Source of the DNA: Minisyncoccota bacterium
GTDB taxonomy: Bacteria; Patescibacteriota; Minisyncoccia; Phycocordibacterales; JABAAK01
Reading direction: 5' to 3'
Assembly (NCBI GenBank): GCA_963668425.1
Contig: OY764332.1
Coordinates: forward strand, 188,943-252,942
DNA: 64,000 nucleotides
The notes beneath the pieces are model-generated. The model was not told where the DNA came from. It did not search any database and was given only the letters and a program-made list of their open reading frames with translations. Shown here one piece after another: positions 1-9,659 of the stretch. Position 1 is the stretch's first letter; each line of letters begins with the position of its first letter. A program made the translations under genes and the position numbers.

Positions 1-1012
1 CTGTAATAGAACGTGTCCAATTTGGGTATTTTTTTTGTTTTAAAAGAAAGTTGCCGAGGTCTTTTGTTTCATAGGTCGGTAAATCTTGTGAGTTAATAAA
101 TACTCGTGTATGTAACCCGTTTTTTTCTCCTTGGAAAATTATTGCTCCATCGTCTTTTTCAAAAATGCCGTACTTGCCACCGGTATGTTTGTGTACTAAT
201 GCATATCCGATTGGGCTCGCTTCACTTTCAAAAATTACTGCATCAAACCGTGTCCCCAGTTGACGGCATAGTTTATCTAAATGTGCAAGTGATGTCTCTT
301 TGCCCTGCTGCCATAGAGCGGTAATCTTTGTATTATCATTTGTATACAATGACTGGTTCACTGCCTCAATACCTCCCTTTGCTTCCTCGTCAAGTTCATA
401 TGTTTCATTTCCAAAGCGATATGCAGACCCTAGGTCGTTAATGCTTTTTGGATCACCGTCTGATTCCTGGAGACCCCATACGCTTTTTGCAACTGTTAGT
501 CCGATATCAGATGGGTAGTTGATCCGCCGTAGAGTTGCCCCCTGTGTCTCAAACAAGCGTGCTATTGACTCTCCAATGATATTACCGACTAGATTTCCGA
601 CATGTAACGGTTTGAATAAATTCGGACTTGTGTACTCAAGCAATATCTCTTCTCCCGCAAAACTGTCTCCCCACCCCCATCGCTCAGACAACGCATGCAC
701 TCGCATAATTTGCCTTGAGAAAAACTTTCTTTTTGCATAAAAATTCAAAAAACCTGGACCTGCAATCTCAATTCGATCAATTTCTGAAAATTTTCCTTCC
801 AGTTGTTCTTGAAACTCTTTTGCGATTTCTAATGGATTTTTTCTAATTTTTTTTCCGACTTCCATTGCTATGGCACTCGCATAGTCACCGTGCTCGTTGT
901 TTTTTGGGTAGTTTAGTTTTGTGTTTGTAATATCTGTATCAAAATTACTTCTCACCACACTCATAATTTCTCGTACTATTATTTCCTTGATCGTTGTATT
1001 ACTTGTACTCAT
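1..1012 (-). CDS. argS: arginine--tRNA ligase, N-terminal ~337 aa (gene continues beyond window start)
   Basis: Reverse-strand ATG at 1012 reads MSTSNTTIKEIIVREIMSVVRSNFDTDITNTKLNYPKNNEHGDYASAIAMEVGKK... then ...EYTSPNLFKPLHVGNLVGNIIGESIARLFE... (class I HVGH-type motif, here HVGN) and ...HTRVFINSQDLPTYETKDLGNFLLKQ... The frame is open to position 1 with no stop, which is why it is missing from the supplied ORF track. Confidence 0.75.
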   Translation of the reverse strand, partial: MSTSNTTIKEIIVREIMSVVRSNFDTDITNTKLNYPKNNEHGDYASAIAMEVGKKIRKNPLEIAKEFQEQLEGKFSEIDRIEIAGPGFLNFYAKRKFFSRQIMRVHALSERWGWGDSFAGEEILLEYTSPNLFKPLHVGNLVGNIIGESIARLFETQGATLRRINYPSDIGLTVAKSVWGLQESDGDPKSINDLGSAYRFGNETYELDEEAKGGIEAVNQSLYTNDNTKITALWQQGKETSLAHLDKLCRQLGTRFDAVIFESEASPIGYALVHKHTGGKYGIFEKDDGAIIFQGEKNGLHTRVFINSQDLPTYETKDLGNFLLKQKKYPNWTRSIT

Positions 1013-1084
1013 ATGCCAATAACCTACGGTGAGCAACAGTAGGGTTCCCTACTGTTGCTCTGTTTTCATGTCGCGATAACAACA

Positions 1085-3784
1085 CTATTCAACTACTATT
1101 GCTGTAGGGACGTTGCCAGAAGGAGTGTCACTGGAAGCGGGAAGGATGTTGCTATCACTGCTTTCTGTGGTAGTGTCTCTGGTGGTACTGCTTACTTCTT
1201 CAGTTCCTGCTGATGAATCTTGAGTGGGCACAGTTGGTGGTGCAGGAGGGGTGGTAGAAGTAGGAGGAGATGTACTATCTATAGCGACCACTATAGAAAG
1301 TAGCTCGAGTGCCTGTTGTAACAATGAAAGTGCCTCTTGGAGCCTTGCCTCTCGGAACTCTTCACTAGCTTGGATAGATGGATTTGACGTATTGACAATG
1401 ACTGATGAAGTCAGTAACGCGAAAGGAGAGGTTGCCATGAGATGAGAAAAGAAGTCATCAAGTGGTGGTGGTGTTCCTGTGTCTACTGAGAAGGTGGCAT
1501 TGAAGGATACCCCTCGTGCTTTGTCAGCGTTGTAATAATCGCCTGAGATAGCTACATATACCGCACCATCTTGTAGTGTATTCATCGGATTAATGGTTAT
1601 GGTCATGTTGTCATTGCTCATATTTGCTTCAAACGGTATGCCATATCCGTATACGTCATCGGTACGTAACACTACAAAACTTGCTAGGTCATTTGTAGTA
1701 AATAGTGTTTTATTGATATCTCTATATGCTGCTTGATTAAAGGTTATGGTAATGTTTACTGCATTGTCCTCAATAATTGTGCCATCTTCGGGAGTAGAAG
1801 TTACAACAAACCCTGTTGAAACTGCAATAGTGAATGTGTTAGTAGCTGTGGCACCCTGATTGTCAGCAGCATCGTAGTAGCCATTGCTTACAGCGACATA
1901 TACTGTACCATTTGCTAGGTCATTAGTCGGATCAATGGTAACCTTCGTGTTACCTGCATTTATGGAAGCGCTGAACGGAATGTCTGTTCCGTTTGCGTCA
2001 GTGCTTTTTAGTGTTATGAGGCCTGAGAGTGCAGTGGTGTCAAATGCTGTCTCGCTGGTGTCCTGATATATCGCTTCATCAAATGTAAGCACTACATCGG
2101 TACCTGCATCAACAACCGTAGCACCACTTACTGGAGAGAATGACACTGTTGGTGCGGTGGTGTCTGCTATTGGAACTGCAATAGTGAATGTGTTAGTAGC
2201 TGTGGCACCCTGATTGTCAGCAGCATCGTAGTAGCCATTGCTTACAGCGACATATACTGTACCATTTGCTAGGTCATTAGTCGGATCAATGGTAACCTTC
2301 GTGTTACCTGCATTTATGGAAGCGCTGAACGGAATGTCTGTTCCGTTTGCGTCAGTGCTTTTTAGTGTTATGAGGCCTGAGAGTGCAGTGGTGTCAAATG
2401 CTGTCTCGCTGGTGTCCTGATATATCGCTTCATCAAATGTAAGCACTACATCGGTACCTGCATCAACAACCGTAGCACCACTTACTGGAGAGAATGACAC
2501 TGTTGGTGCGGTGGTGTCTGCTATTGGAACTGCAATAGTGAATGTGTTAGTAGCTGTGGCACCCTGATTGTCAGCAGCATCGTAGTAGCCATTGCTTACA
2601 GCGACATATACTGTACCATTTGCTAGGTCATTAGTCGGATCAATGGTAACCTTCGTGTTACCTGCATTTATGGAAGCGCTGAACGGAATGTCTGTTCCGT
2701 TTGCGTCAGTGCTTTTTAGTGTTATGAGGCCTGAGAGTGCAGTGGTGTCAAATGCTGTCTCGCTGGTGTCCTGATATATCGCTTCATCAAATGTAAGCAC
2801 TACATCGGTACCTGCATCAACAACCGTAGCACCACTTACTGGAGAGAATGACACTGTTGGTGCGGTGGTGTCTGCTATTGGAACTGCAATAGTGAATGTG
2901 TTAGTAGCTGTGGCACCCTGATTGTCAGCAGCATCGTAGTAGCCATTGCTTACAGCGACATACACTGCACCATTTGCTAGGTCATTAGTCGGATCAATGG
3001 TAACCTTCGTGTTACCTGCATTTATGGAAGCGCTGAACGGAATGTCTGTTCCGTTTGCGTCAGTGCTTTTTAGTGTTATGAGGCCTGAGAGTGCAGTGGT
3101 GTCAAATGCTGTCTCGCTGGTGTCCTGATATATCGCTTCATCAAATGTAAGCACTACATCGGTACCTGCATCAACAACCGTAGCACCACTTACTGGAGAG
3201 AATGACACTGTTGGTGCGGTGGTGTCTGCAGGACCTACCGTAGGCACCACATCGGTACCTGAATTAATAACACCAACAACACCAACAGCACCATTTACTG
3301 GAGAGGGTAATGCCGTTGGTACGGCGGTGTCTACAGGTTCTACTACTGTAGCAATAGAGAAAATTGCGCTTGCAGCATCACCTTGCAAGCCATTTTTGTC
3401 ATAATACGCATCACTTATCGCAATATATACTGCCCCACCTGAAAGAGTGTCAGTCGGATCAATAGTAATTTCTGTGTTGCCTGCATCTATAGAAGCAGCG
3501 AACGGGATAGCGGTGCCGTCTGCATCGGTGGTGTGTAGTGAAACTACATTTTTAAGTGTTGTGTCAGTAAACACTCCTCCTTCAGCATCTACATACACTG
3601 CCCGATCAAATGAGATAGTAATAGTAGTATTTGCATCCTGCTCTACTGCATCCGCTGCAGGAGAAAATGAAGCATTGAAGTCAGCGGCGTATACAGAACT
3701 CACCATCACTAAGAACGACGCTGTGAAAGCAGCTATACCGATTACAATGGTATACAAACTCCTTGATATTTTTTTTGGTCTCAT
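1085..3784 (-). CDS. large secreted cell-surface protein with six Ig-like domains (SbsA/Big-like; S-layer- or adhesin-like), four of them near-identical
   Basis: ORF 1085..3841. The likely start is the internal Met at 3784 (MRPKKISRSLYTIVIGIAAFTASFLVMVSSVYA, a signal peptide). A ~118-aa unit (TAPTVSFSPVSGATVVDAGTDVVLTFDEAIYQDT...NTFTIAVPIAD) recurs four times, flanked by diverged copies. The C-terminal tail is PT-rich. Confidence 0.8.
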   Translation of the reverse strand: MRPKKISRSLYTIVIGIAAFTASFLVMVSSVYAADFNASFSPAADAVEQDANTTITISFDRAVYVDAEGGVFTDTTLKNVVSLHTTDADGTAIPFAASIDAGNTEITIDPTDTLSGGAVYIAISDAYYDKNGLQGDAASAIFSIATVVEPVDTAVPTALPSPVNGAVGVVGVINSGTDVVPTVGPADTTAPTVSFSPVSGATVVDAGTDVVLTFDEAIYQDTSETAFDTTALSGLITLKSTDANGTDIPFSASINAGNTKVTIDPTNDLANGAVYVAVSNGYYDAADNQGATATNTFTIAVPIADTTAPTVSFSPVSGATVVDAGTDVVLTFDEAIYQDTSETAFDTTALSGLITLKSTDANGTDIPFSASINAGNTKVTIDPTNDLANGTVYVAVSNGYYDAADNQGATATNTFTIAVPIADTTAPTVSFSPVSGATVVDAGTDVVLTFDEAIYQDTSETAFDTTALSGLITLKSTDANGTDIPFSASINAGNTKVTIDPTNDLANGTVYVAVSNGYYDAADNQGATATNTFTIAVPIADTTAPTVSFSPVSGATVVDAGTDVVLTFDEAIYQDTSETAFDTTALSGLITLKSTDANGTDIPFSASINAGNTKVTIDPTNDLANGTVYVAVSNGYYDAADNQGATATNTFTIAVSTGFVVTSTPEDGTIIEDNAVNITITFNQAAYRDINKTLFTTNDLASFVVLRTDDVYGYGIPFEANMSNDNMTITINPMNTLQDGAVYVAISGDYYNADKARGVSFNATFSVDTGTPPPLDDFFSHLMATSPFALLTSSVIVNTSNPSIQASEEFREARLQEALSLLQQALELLSIVVAIDSTSPPTSTTPPAPPTVPTQDSSAGTEEVSSTTRDTTTESSDSNILPASSDTPSGNVPTAIVVE
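1822..3237. repeat. 4 x 354-bp near-perfect tandem direct repeats inside the surface-protein gene
   Basis: Identical 60-aa shadow ORFs on the plus strand at 1884, 2238, 2592 and 2946 (period 354). Long identical DNA blocks such as ctgcaatagtgaatgtgttagtagctgtggcaccctgattgtcagcagcatcgtagtagcc recur at 1827, 2181, 2535 and 2889. Confidence 0.9.
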
Positions 3785-4011
3785 AAATATAATTAACGTA
3801 TAAAAGATAATAATGAAAATATCTGAACACAAAACACACACACCAGATATGTCTGTAGTGTACCAACATAAAATGCTTTATATTGCTTCCTATGGCGTAT
3901 TTTGTGTATAAGTCGTGGAAATATTAGAGCCCTTACTAGAATAGGGGAAGAAATCCTCAAACAAGTGGAAATATGCTGAAGGTGGGACGTATGTGGTGCT
4001 GTGTCGGGAGG

Positions 4012-4587
4012 TTATCCAAGCATTACCCCTTCCTGTTGTAGTACTGTCAATAGTGCTTGGAATACTTTTAAATGTAACTCCGCATCATATAGTGCTGAAT
4101 GTCGCTTTTCTTCTTCTTCTTCAATCCCCAATGCCTCCAATGTGCTACTCATCCCTGCCACACCCAATGCTGCCAGAGACAAGGTGGTGACATCCATCAT
4201 TCGGCGTGATAGTGGTAGTGCGGTATCATTCCGATAGGTGTCCCACAAACGCTCTAACATTATATAATCAAAATGCGCGTTTGCGGCGACGATGTGTAGT
4301 TCAATATCTTCAGCAATACCATACTGCTTCACGATTTCTTGCTCAAACTCTTTTAAGAAAACTTCTGGATTAACCCCATGTGTCTTTGCCTGTTCCATAC
4401 TGATGCCGTGTACCTCTTCTGCTGCACTATCCCATGAAAACCTCTCTGGCATATAGGTGATATTCCATTCTCGTGTGTTGACCGGCTGTATTTTTTCATC
4501 TAAAAATATTGCTCCACATTGAATCACTTGCGATGAGCAAAAATCTACGCCTGTTGATTCCACATCTAATGCTATAAATCTGTGCAT
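4012..4587 (-). CDS. DEDDh 3'-5' exonuclease (DnaQ / DNA pol III epsilon-like)
   Basis: The Exo I motif FIALDVESTG lies close to the N-terminus. The start was chosen at Met13 (MHRFIALDVE...) so it does not overlap proS. An acidic EEEEE stretch lies near the C-terminus. Confidence 0.7.
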   Translation of the reverse strand: MHRFIALDVESTGVDFCSSQVIQCGAIFLDEKIQPVNTREWNITYMPERFSWDSAAEEVHGISMEQAKTHGVNPEVFLKEFEQEIVKQYGIAEDIELHIVAANAHFDYIMLERLWDTYRNDTALPLSRRMMDVTTLSLAALGVAGMSSTLEALGIEEEEEKRHSALYDAELHLKVFQALLTVLQQEGVMLG

Positions 4588-4591
4588 ATAT

Positions 4592-5845
4592 CTATGATAT
4601 AGCGTGTAGTAACCCTTCAACAACGGTATCCAGCATTTTTTTCTCGTCTGTCGCCCGGTCTTTGTATTCTATTTTTCCTTCTGCGCATGTTTTCTCTGAT
4701 ACTATCAATTGTTGCGGAATACCGACAATATCACTCTCAGCGAATTTTTCTCCGGCAGATATGTTTCGATCATCGTACAGCACTTCAATCTTTCGCTCGG
4801 TTAGCTGTGTGTACACATCATCTGCTGCCTTTGCTACTGTATCAGAATTTCCTAATGCAATAAGATGCACATCAAACGGCGCGATACTTGCGGGCAACAC
4901 CATCCCTGTATCTGATCCAACCATCTCAACCACAACTCCGAGCAGTCGTGCTGGGCCGATGCCATATGATCCCATATACACTGGCACTTGAGTACCCGTG
5001 CCGTCTGTATATAGTAATCCAAGCGCGTCAGAAAACCGCATTCCGAGTGTGAAAATATTCCCCACCTCACACGCAGGATGTTCCTCAAGCTCCTCCCGTT
5101 GCAATTCCAGTCGTGCAAGCACTTCATCTGTATACACTTCTTTATTTAAAGCAATCTTTTTACCTTTGTGTACATAAATAACATCCTCACCCGCAGGCAC
5201 TATGGTTTGAAACTCGTCACTGAATTCAGAAAACGCTCCTCCGCTTGCAAATGTCCGATAGGTATTTTTGCCGATACCAACCCGTTCAAACACGCGCAGA
5301 TATGCTTCCGCGCATTGTTCATAAAACACCTTGTGTTGCTCTTCATCAGTGCAAAAAGAGTATAAATCTTTCATAATAAATTCTCGTGTTCGCAAGATCC
5401 CGCTCTTTGCTCGCTCTTCATTACGAAATTTTGTTTGAAACTGATACAAATAAAATGGCACATCACGATATGAGTTGACATGCTGTCGTGCCAAATCAGT
5501 AATCGGCTCTTCGTGCGTCCATCCAAGCCCTAATTCACCGCCAACTCGTAGCTGTGTCCGAAACCACACCTCATCGGCATCACCCTTCCACCGTCCTGAC
5601 TGCTCCCACACTTCTGGATTTTGTAACCCGTTCAGCAGTACTTCCTGCCCACCGATGCTGTCCATTTCTTCACGAATAATTTTGATAATCTTATTTAATG
5701 ACCGTAATCCAAGCGGTAGAAAACTATACACTCCTGCCATTGCCTTGTGGATGTACCCTGCCCGTATCAGTAGCTGTGCATTCAGTGCCATCTCATCAAC
5801 TGGCACTTCTTTTCGCACCCGTGTCGCCAAAAATGATTGTCGCAT
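4592..5845 (-). CDS. proS: proline--tRNA ligase (compact form, no large editing insertion)
   Basis: MRQSFLATRVRKEVPVDEMALNAQLLIRAGYIHKAMAGVYSFLPLG... matches the ProRS N-terminus. Class II motif 2 is FRNEERAKSGILRTREFIMKDLYSF. The ORF track starts 6 codons upstream at 5863. Confidence 0.85.
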   Translation of the reverse strand: MRQSFLATRVRKEVPVDEMALNAQLLIRAGYIHKAMAGVYSFLPLGLRSLNKIIKIIREEMDSIGGQEVLLNGLQNPEVWEQSGRWKGDADEVWFRTQLRVGGELGLGWTHEEPITDLARQHVNSYRDVPFYLYQFQTKFRNEERAKSGILRTREFIMKDLYSFCTDEEQHKVFYEQCAEAYLRVFERVGIGKNTYRTFASGGAFSEFSDEFQTIVPAGEDVIYVHKGKKIALNKEVYTDEVLARLELQREELEEHPACEVGNIFTLGMRFSDALGLLYTDGTGTQVPVYMGSYGIGPARLLGVVVEMVGSDTGMVLPASIAPFDVHLIALGNSDTVAKAADDVYTQLTERKIEVLYDDRNISAGEKFAESDIVGIPQQLIVSEKTCAEGKIEYKDRATDEKKMLDTVVEGLLHAIS

Positions 5846-6030
5846 ATATACAAAGTATACCACCTACATGCAGTAGTAAAATTGCGTATGCTACACCATA
5901 CAATGCCTACACATCATAACCCCTTATGGCAAAGTCCGCTGTATTTTGTTATACTACAGGCAGTATCGGAAATGTTTTCCGAATTGCTATTTGTTGAGCT
6001 ATATACATCTAATTGTATTGGAGATTTGAA

Positions 6031-6768
6031 ATGATGCAAAAAAATTTTGTGGTACTTGTTGCGTTTTTGGCAGTGAATATGGTCACGCCATTTGTTGGGT
6101 ATGCGGACACTCTTGATGTGTACCTTGGTGTGTTTTCCGAAAGTAAGGGTGTTTCAGGATACCTAACACCACATTTTTCAAGTGATCCTGCTGTTGGAGG
6201 ATCTCTTGCAGCAGAGTGGCGTGAGTATGTGTTTGGTGTTGAAACCGCAAAGTTTGTCGGACTGCGCTCTATGTTAAGCACTTCTGGGCATACAACAATT
6301 TTTGTTAACACACAAAGAAAGATTCGTGGCTATGATGCGGATGTACAGTACAACTATATTCGTATGCAATCTATGATGCCGAGCTGGTGGCCGTGGAATG
6401 ATAATAACTGCCACGAAGTGGCTGTGAAAATAAGATACCCTAAAACAGATAAGTGGCATCCATATGCCCTCACTGGAATTGCAGTTGCTGAGGATGCTTG
6501 GCTGGACACCTTTACAATAGTTGGTGGGGCTGGATCTACAGCAACCTTTCCGGTTACTCAGCGTATCAACTTTGTTGTAGATGCATTTGTTGCTACCTTT
6601 TTGTTCTCAGTTAGTCAGGATTGGAAAGTTTTTGGGAAGGCGGATGGGTCTTTCTTATTTGATCTTAAAACACTACCACTCTCGTTTGAAGCCGGGTTGC
6701 ATGCATTTAAAGAGCTTGGCGATAAACACAGAACATGGACTGATCTTTCTCTGCTATACACTTTTTGA
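6031..6768 (+). CDS. secreted hypothetical protein (signal peptide)
   Basis: A GGAGAT SD lies 6 nt before ATG 6031. The N-terminus MMQKNFVVLVAFLAVNMVTPFVGYA is signal-like. An intrinsic terminator follows. Confidence 0.6.
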   Translation: MMQKNFVVLVAFLAVNMVTPFVGYADTLDVYLGVFSESKGVSGYLTPHFSSDPAVGGSLAAEWREYVFGVETAKFVGLRSMLSTSGHTTIFVNTQRKIRGYDADVQYNYIRMQSMMPSWWPWNDNNCHEVAVKIRYPKTDKWHPYALTGIAVAEDAWLDTFTIVGGAGSTATFPVTQRINFVVDAFVATFLFSVSQDWKVFGKADGSFLFDLKTLPLSFEAGLHAFKELGDKHRTWTDLSLLYTF

Positions 6769-6788
6769 TAGTGTAATCGTTTTCATTG

Positions 6789-6827
6789 TCGGGATACCTA
6801 AAGGTATCCCGACTTTCTTTTTTTATT
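6789..6827 (+). terminator. rho-independent terminator
   Basis: The stem is gtcgggatacc / ggtatcccgac with loop taaa, followed by tttctttttttatt. Confidence 0.8.
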
Positions 6828-6856
6828 AGGATTGGGCATCTCAAACATACTGTTTT

Positions 6857-7951
6857 TTAATGCTCGCTACTGTGCGGTTTATCTAATAACTCTCGACTAT
6901 ACTCACCTCCCTTTCCGGTAATTTTAAATACATCCTTATCAATTAAATCGTATTTCTGTTCCGCGCTGTTGTAATGATTTACTGCCGCAGAAAGTGATTT
7001 TCCGACACCGTGAAATGCTTGCATATGGTTTTCAAGTCGCTTCCGCAACACCTCAACTCGTTTAATAATCTCCTGTGCATGTTCTTCAACTTTGAGTGAT
7101 CGTAATCCGAGATTCACCGTTTGTAAATATGCTAACAGAGTAGTTGGTGAGACGATTACTACTTTGTGTTGCTTAAACGCATACTCCAACATATTTTCCG
7201 CACTCTCTCCAGTACCAATTTTTTGTGTCAACAGGTCATAATACAATGACTCAGATGGAATAAACATAAACGCATAATCAAGTGTTCCTTCTTTCGGCAA
7301 AATATACTTTTCTGTCTCCTGAATCCGTGCCTTAATATCCTCTTTTAACCTGCGCTCTGCTTCAGTGACTTCGGCATTTTTAAGATCACCATCTAACAGC
7401 TTCGTATAGTTATCGAGTGAGAACTTTGCGTCAATACTGATCATCTGCTTGTCCCGTAAAAATACCACTGCATCCGCCCGTGCACCATTTTTGAATGAGT
7501 GCTGCATTGCGTATGTATTTGGCGGTAGTACATTAGCAATCACCTGCTCTAATACATACTCTCCGACTACACCCCGCCGTTGTGGATTTTTTAGTGTCCG
7601 CTCAAGTGACTGTAGCTGATCTGTGAATGACAGCATCTCCCGCCCAGTTGTCTTCACCTCCGTTAACTCTTTCGTGATATCCTCCACCAACTGCTTTGAT
7701 GAGTCAAACTGTGCGCGCATTTGTTTGTGCATCACTTCTGCTTGTGACTGCATCTGTTTGTTCACCATCTCAGACCCCTGGTGTAGTCGTGTATCAAGGG
7801 TCTCACGAAAATCACGCAATTGTGCTTCAAGTGTTTTTGTGTCATTAGCTGATTTTTCCCGACGTATAATTAGCCATATCATCACCCCAAGCACAATACA
7901 TGTGATAAGTAGGGATACTAAGCTAAGCAATATACTGACCTCCATTGTCAA
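6857..7951 (-). CDS. rmuC: DNA recombination protein RmuC
   Basis: N-terminal TM segment, coiled-coil region, then a conserved RmuC-like core (GEYVLEQVIANVLP...AFMFIPSESLYYDLL...VVIVSPTTLLAYL). Confidence 0.75.
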   Translation of the reverse strand: MTMEVSILLSLVSLLITCIVLGVMIWLIIRREKSANDTKTLEAQLRDFRETLDTRLHQGSEMVNKQMQSQAEVMHKQMRAQFDSSKQLVEDITKELTEVKTTGREMLSFTDQLQSLERTLKNPQRRGVVGEYVLEQVIANVLPPNTYAMQHSFKNGARADAVVFLRDKQMISIDAKFSLDNYTKLLDGDLKNAEVTEAERRLKEDIKARIQETEKYILPKEGTLDYAFMFIPSESLYYDLLTQKIGTGESAENMLEYAFKQHKVVIVSPTTLLAYLQTVNLGLRSLKVEEHAQEIIKRVEVLRKRLENHMQAFHGVGKSLSAAVNHYNSAEQKYDLIDKDVFKITGKGGEYSRELLDKPHSSEH

Positions 7952-8042
7952 GTAGTATACAACGGCTTGCCAAACGTGTATACTGCATGCGAGGGTTATA
8001 TTTTTGTAAAACTACACATCAGTCACTATCAGGAGGTTACAC

Positions 8043-8705
8043 ATGAAATTGTTACCCCATTTTGCTTCTTTGTTACTCATTGTTTCCGTAGGGTTACTCC
8101 CCTCTGTTGCGCAGGCGACTCATGCTACAGAAGGACGTCCCACTGCCTGGGAAAGTGCAGTTGTTGCGGTTGAGTCAAATGTCCTGAAAAGCATGCATGA
8201 TCTCGCCTCAAAGAAACAATGGGATTCGGCAAAGGCACACCTCATTGTATATCGAGACATTGGTTCTTGCTCGAACGCAGCAGAAACAATTGGCAAAATG
8301 CTCATTACTAAGAATAAAGACGGAGCCCTTGCAGTTATTCAACTTACTCTCGATGAGTTAATCAATCCACATAGAGGTCCGATAACCTCTACGCGACAGG
8401 TGAAGCGCTCATTTATTCGGGCAATACAGGCGTCAAAAGGTGAAAAATCAAAAACTACCCTGATTGTAACTTTTTTTAATGTGTTTTCTTTAGATGGCTT
8501 AACGCCATCAGAGAAAGTTACCATTAATGAACTTCAAAGAATGGTCGGGGAAGGTCTTCTAAAAACCGCTGCTACTATAGAGAAAATATTTGCAGTGGTG
8601 ATTGAGGAAGTCGGAAATCTTTCTCCTTTGGATGAGAGAGGAATGCTATCCCCGATATCCCATTTGACTACTGAACCTCAACAACCTGTAGAACCTAATC
8701 CATAG
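8043..8705 (+). CDS. secreted hypothetical protein
   Basis: A caggagg SD precedes the ATG. The N-terminus carries a signal peptide (MKLLPHFASLLLIVSVGLLPSVAQA). No recognisable domain. Confidence 0.55.
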   Translation: MKLLPHFASLLLIVSVGLLPSVAQATHATEGRPTAWESAVVAVESNVLKSMHDLASKKQWDSAKAHLIVYRDIGSCSNAAETIGKMLITKNKDGALAVIQLTLDELINPHRGPITSTRQVKRSFIRAIQASKGEKSKTTLIVTFFNVFSLDGLTPSEKVTINELQRMVGEGLLKTAATIEKIFAVVIEEVGNLSPLDERGMLSPISHLTTEPQQPVEPNP

Positions 8706-8714
8706 CCCTGCTTA

Positions 8715-8754
8715 AAGGTTGCACGACACTATACTTGCGTGCAACCTTTTATTC
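8715..8754 (+). terminator. rho-independent terminator
   Basis: The stem is aaaggttgcacg / cgtgcaaccttt with a 12-nt loop, followed by tttattc. Confidence 0.65.
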
Positions 8755-8772
8755 ATACTTAAAACATACTGT

Positions 8773-9636
8773 ATGTTTACAGATTTCCCTATTCAAACAC
8801 TTGCCCGAGAACACTATCCGGCACCTCTCATAGAGATACCGCAAGTGCCGGAAAAACTATATGTCCGAGGTGAGCCGATAGATGCCACGAAACGAATGAT
8901 TGCCGTGATTGGTGCTCGCCGTTACTCAGAGTATGGCAAAAAATCGTGTGAAAAAATTATTGCTGATCTCGCTCCTTACCCTATCACCATCGTTTCTGGG
9001 CTTGCTATCGGTATAGATGGCATAGCGCACCAGGCGGCTCTCAGCGCAGGACTTACTACTATTGCTGTCATCGGTTCTGGACTTGATGAAGATGTTATGT
9101 ACCCGAGCACTAACAGAATGCTCGCTAAATGTATTTTGGAGCAAGGTGGCACTCTTATATCAGAACTTGAGCCACATGTTCGCGGCGCGAAATATACTTT
9201 CCCCTCTCGCAATAGGATAATGGCTGGGCTTTCAGAAGTCGTTATAGCCGTAGAATGCACAGAGAAATCTGGTACTCGTATTACCACCCGTCTTGCTCTT
9301 GACTATAACAAAGAAGTCGGCGCTGTCCCTCATGTTATTTTCTCAGAAACTGGGGCTGGGGCTAATGCCCTTATACATGCAGGTGCACACGTCATCAGGA
9401 GTGGTCAAGATATCGTAGAAATTCTTGGATTAGAACCTGTGGAACAACAAACACTTGATCTCACCACCCTTACTGACGATGAGCAGAAAATATACCGCTT
9501 GCTCACTAGCCCAAAAACGAAAACCAACCTTTCTCAAGAGAGTAACCTACCCCCTCACAAACTTTCCGCCGTTCTTGCCGGGCTGGAGATGAAAGGACTT
9601 ATTACCGAAATTCTTGGCACCATTCAACGCATATAA
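8773..9636 (+). CDS. dprA: DNA processing protein DprA (Smf), competence / recombination mediator
   Basis: Rossmann-fold DprA signature ...RMIAVIGARRYSEYGKKSCEKIIADLAPYPITIVSGLAIGIDGIAHQAAL...GSGLD.... The start is moved to Met19 of the ORF (8773), downstream of the terminator. Confidence 0.8.
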   Translation: MFTDFPIQTLAREHYPAPLIEIPQVPEKLYVRGEPIDATKRMIAVIGARRYSEYGKKSCEKIIADLAPYPITIVSGLAIGIDGIAHQAALSAGLTTIAVIGSGLDEDVMYPSTNRMLAKCILEQGGTLISELEPHVRGAKYTFPSRNRIMAGLSEVVIAVECTEKSGTRITTRLALDYNKEVGAVPHVIFSETGAGANALIHAGAHVIRSGQDIVEILGLEPVEQQTLDLTTLTDDEQKIYRLLTSPKTKTNLSQESNLPPHKLSAVLAGLEMKGLITEILGTIQRI

Positions 9637-9659
9637 ATATTTGCATGTGTCATAGTCAC

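Noticed and set aside
1884-3128. Four identical 60-aa plus-strand ORFs (MLTATYTVPFARSLVGSM...)
   Set aside because: They are antisense shadows of the 354-bp tandem repeats inside the minus-strand surface-protein gene. Their periodic spacing and identity simply mirror the repeat.
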